Shown: piece by piece, positions 60,292 through 64,000 of the stretch
Layout of the letters: each line of letters starts with the position of its first letter
How positions within the stretch are numbered: the first letter of the stretch is position 1
From: Curvularia clavata
Taxonomy: Eukaryota
Direction: 5' to 3'
Length of the DNA stretch: 64,000 bases
Assembly (NCBI GenBank): GCA_023920165.1
Contig: CP089274.1
Span: 2,232,001-2,296,000, forward strand
The notes under the pieces: generated by a model
The model's database searches: none
What the model was told of the DNA's origin: nothing
What the model saw: the letters and a program-made list of their open reading frames with translations, nothing else
Position numbers and translations under genes: made by a program

Positions 60292-61858
60292 CTACTCTTG
60301 GTGATGTGGTTGCTGCGAAATACCGTTTTCCTTTTCGTCTATGCTCTCGCTCTCCCTGGGGACAGCAAAGCTCTTCCTGACCGTCATATCAGACTTTGTC
60401 TTTGTCATGAGCGCATCGCGAATGTCCTGCTTGCTCCTCGACCTCCAGCTCTCGTAGTTCTTGTGGCTGAGCGGCCAGATGGGCATGTTGCCGTCACGCC
60501 TCATGAACTCGCGCGCGACGGGTGGTGGCTGAGAAGTAATGTAGTCAATGTCCATTTCGAGTTCTTCGCAGTAGGCTTCGAGGGGCAAGTCGTTGACGTC
60601 GTTGCCAAAGGGGTTTTCAATTTCGCGACCGATGGCGGACAGACCGATGCTGTGGATCTTGTTAGAATTTGCAGCAGTTAATGTGTGTTCAAGTAGTAAT
60701 GACTCACATGATATAGGCAGCGAAGATACAGCCGGGAATGGTGATATAGCGGAGGTCATCCCACAGTTGGAATGGCAACATCATGACGTAGACCCAGGTA
60801 ATTTGCGAAATGGCAATCGAGTAGGCAATAGGCAGTGGTGTTTGTAGCACACGATCCATACCAACAAGAGCCTCGTTAAGCTGAACAACACCGGTAATGG
60901 CCTGGTTCTGGTACAGACCGACGTTCAGAGTCTCGTTTTCGATGATGCTGTGGACGTAGGCAGAGAAGTGGTTGAGGATTTCGAGTGACAGGTTACCAAG
61001 AGGCTTCTTGGAGCGCTTGATCCTCTTGCGCGGGTTCGACTCGGCAAAGGTGACTCCAAGGTATTCACCAATAGCCTTGATCTTCTTCTTGTCTCCAGGC
61101 TTAGGGATCTCGACCTCGGCGGCACGAGCAAATGTGTCTAGGAACTCGACACGGTCGCGGAGATCAGGGTAGTCGATACCGGGCTCGAATCGAAGTCTGT
61201 GCTTGACAGAGCAAGCGAATGCATTGAGCAGATTCAGTGCAGACAGCTTGTTAAGCAAGTCCTCCTTGCCGAGCTCGCCTTCGCGCTCCTTGGCGTGAAT
61301 CCAGATTGTCCTTGCCAGATTCTGGCTAACAAAGATAAGTTGACTCCAATACTTTCGACCTTCGGTGTAACGCTCATAGGCAGTGCTCGTTCGGAATGAA
61401 ATGGCCAGACCCACAACGAAACCGAGAACGGTCAAAAGTAAATTGCTGACAACGAGCCTGTGGATGTGTTCCGAAATAAGGGTAACAGCAGTTGCCCACA
61501 GAGCAACAACTGTCAAGGGTAGGATCATCTTGGGAAATACGGAACCATGCATTCGCATGAAGAAGGGCCATTTGCTGTGTTTCGATATATCACGAGGGCC
61601 GACCTAGGGATTGCCATTAGCATAACCCTACATGGAGAGAAAACCGTAACAGATATTACTCACAAAGTAGTCTTCTGCATCAAGGCTGCCGGTAGTCTGG
61701 CGCCTCGAGGGGACCTGGTAAGTCACAGCACGGTGTCGCCATGATCGTGGCGACGTTGGGCAGTCATCGGGGCCATTTTGCGTTCCACTCGAGGCAGGTC
61801 GAATTTCGATATTATCTGGGCGAAGCGTCTTAGACGTGGAGGTAGTCGAGGGCGCCAT
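60292..61858 (-). CDS. Bestrophin-like/UPF0187 (YneE/VCCN-type) anion channel
   Basis: Motifs VVGLAISFRTSTAYERYTEGRKYW, RVLQTPLPIAY and IGREIENPFGNDVNDLPL. Introns 61604-61663 and 60650-60707. Confidence 0.9.
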
Positions 61859-63207
61859 CTTGTCGGTACGTGACACGGGAGATCAGCGAACAACCGCCCA
61901 GCAGTTGGAGTGCGAGAATGGTCAGTGCGAGAGCGAGTGTATGAAGGAGGTCTTAAAAGGCGATGTACAATATAAAGAGTGTATAACACGCCTAAAGAAG
62001 GGCACGTTCGCAATGAGTGTAGTAAAAAAAAAAGAGGAGCAAGAGCAAAAGACGAAGATCTAGCAGAAGTAGGGATCTTTGACCCCGTATTTAAATATCA
62101 AACACAGTGTAAAACCCAGCATCTGCACAAAATCCTTTGCGAAGCCGTGGCGCCCACGGGGATTCGCTCCCGCGGCTTCTGGCACCACCCATTATGGTCA
62201 GACGCGCGATCCAGACATACGTTGACATGCAGGGGCCGTCTTGCACAGTGTGCCCCTGAGCCAAGGCTGTACGGCCCAGCCAATTGCGCAAGGGTGATCG
62301 GTGGGGGCTGCTCGTAAAGATGGTCTATTGTAGCGAATTATGGAAGGATGGACGCTTCAGGCTGCAAGGGGTGTGACGCGGAGGTCTGTTTCATGAAACG
62401 TGCGTTGAGCTGGCCAAGCACGCCACTGACGGTGCCCTAAAGATTGTACGTTAGTAAAAAGTCAGCATCGGCTTGGTATGCGCTGGAGCCCGGCCTTGGG
62501 GCCTGAATGTGTGTACGAGACAGCCGGTAGCGCTGGTCGAAATGCACACATTGCCTTCATAAAAGTCATTGCATAGCTGCCAGTGCTGGTGCGGGCAATC
62601 GTGTTCGATCGCCATGGATTGATGTGTCAGGAATGTCGACCTCTTGGATGGCTGGTCTAGACAGTCTCGTCCCGAACCGAGACTAGGCTTCCCCTGGCCC
62701 CCGCAGCCAATAGCAATGCCGTCTAACGACTCAGCGACCAAAAGACTCGTCAGCGTCCTCGGCAAAACCTTGGGAAATGGGACGGACATGTGCGATTTCT
62801 AGATTGCCATGGATAGTGGCTGTGGCGTTCTAGCTCCCACACTATTTCCGGCTCGTCCACTAACGAGCCGCACGCATCGGGAACTGCCCTTTTGTGCTCG
62901 ACTCGGACGGGTCAAAACTCGAATATAATTTCCCCCGGCTTACCTTATATATCCTCCCCATATGTACAAGTCTCGGTCTTCGCGCCTACATAGTTCGTAC
63001 CAAGAAAGCATACGTCATGCCTGTTACAAAAGAAGAAGAAAACAGAAATAACTAAAAAAAAAACGCGCACCGAACATGCTTCTCCTTCTGTCGAGTAATC
63101 TCCGAACGCTTCGTCTCCACACGCAGCTTTGACCCGTAAACGATCACAAACCAAACCATTCTGACCCTGGAGCCATCGTATGTACAGATGTATCCACACT
63201 CTCTGCT

Positions 63208-64000
63208 CTACCTCATCTGGATTCTTCTCATTTCTGCCCGCCCCCTCTCCAGTTCCACCGCGAGCCCTCTGGTCCGGAACGTTACTCCATCAACACATAT
63301 TCGCACCCGCTTGATCTTTCCAAGCAACGTGCGATATAGCATTGCCTTGATGTCATTTCCATTGGCGTCTGTCGAAGACCAGATCTTGTCCCAGACTTCC
63401 ACCAGCTCGTTCCGTAAGAGATTCGTGGCCGTCTCGTGGGACTCAGGAACAAACAATGTATCTTCGTCACTTTCATGGCCCGGGTAACTGCTTGAAGCCC
63501 CATCGGGTAGAGGGACGATGTTCAGAATCACTTCATCCACGCAGTCCACGCGGCGGTTTCTGCGCGTCATATCGGGACCGTTGTCGAAAAGGTGCTTGAG
63601 AGCGGCACATACAGCCCAAGATGTCTGTGATTCCTCCACATGCGAGGCACTGGACTCACAGGATCGGATATCCATCCACAGACGCTCTATGGTTGCGTAC
63701 GACGGGTCAAGGCTTGTGGAGAATAGCTTCCCTCTGGAGTTCCCCTTGGCAGTGTAGGCTGTTCCGCTGAAAACGCTAGCTATCCAGCTCCAACTGTCGA
63801 TGATCATGCTCATCCAGCTCTGCTTGCCCTCCTCTTGCTGTTCCAACGCGCCTGGTTTCGTTGGTTTCACGCACGGTAAAGCGAGCCAGGTGAAGTAATG
63901 CGCGTTACTTTGCACAAAACAATCCATCCGCGTAGCCAGCTGCCCTGTCTCTCGCGCCCTCTCAACAATCTGCGTCATCTCTTCATTAATCTGGCGATTG
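63208..64000 (-). CDS. Hypothetical protein, 5' end outside the window
   Basis: The frame is open for more than 260 codons up to the window edge. No recognisable motif. The 3' end may be spliced further. Confidence 0.5.
   Translation of the reverse strand, partial: NRQINEEMTQIVERARETGQLATRMDCFVQSNAHYFTWLALPCVKPTKPGALEQQEEGKQSWMSMIIDSWSWIASVFSGTAYTAKGNSRGKLFSTSLDPSYATIERLWMDIRSCESSASHVEESQTSWAVCAALKHLFDNGPDMTRRNRRVDCVDEVILNIVPLPDGASSSYPGHESDEDTLFVPESHETATNLLRNELVEVWDKIWSSTDANGNDIKAMLYRTLLGKIKRVRICVDGVTFRTRGLAVELERGRAEMRRIQMR

Overview
Gene-dense window from a filamentous ascomycete (Pezizomycotina; short GT-AG introns with CTRAC branch points; a Dothideomycete is my guess). It holds about 29 protein-coding genes, mostly conserved housekeeping genes: a DnaJ-TPR co-chaperone, a GH5 sterylglucosidase, MSN5, RSA3, an M3 oligopeptidase, MRPL4, GDI1, MCD4, an RBR E3 ligase, a GH35 beta-galactosidase, a PAA1-like GNAT, DDI1, RRP8 and a bestrophin-like channel. 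I found no tRNA, rRNA, transposon or CRISPR. The standout is a split SKI3 gene. The N-terminal 287 aa are on the minus strand (13121->12208) and the C-terminal 1143 aa are on the plus strand (13403->16834). The halves are head-to-head around a 281-bp spacer, both are intact, and they look like the product of a ~1.2-kb inversion inside the gene. Other signals are a probable GUG-initiated targeting extension on the M3 peptidase, a uORF/non-AUG layout on a JlbA/IDI-4-type bZIP, a Rai1/DXO-like nuclease candidate, a hairpin-rich intergenic element, an intron splitting the DDI1 start codon, and a GC-AG intron. All family assignments come from motif recognition by eye, not from database searches.
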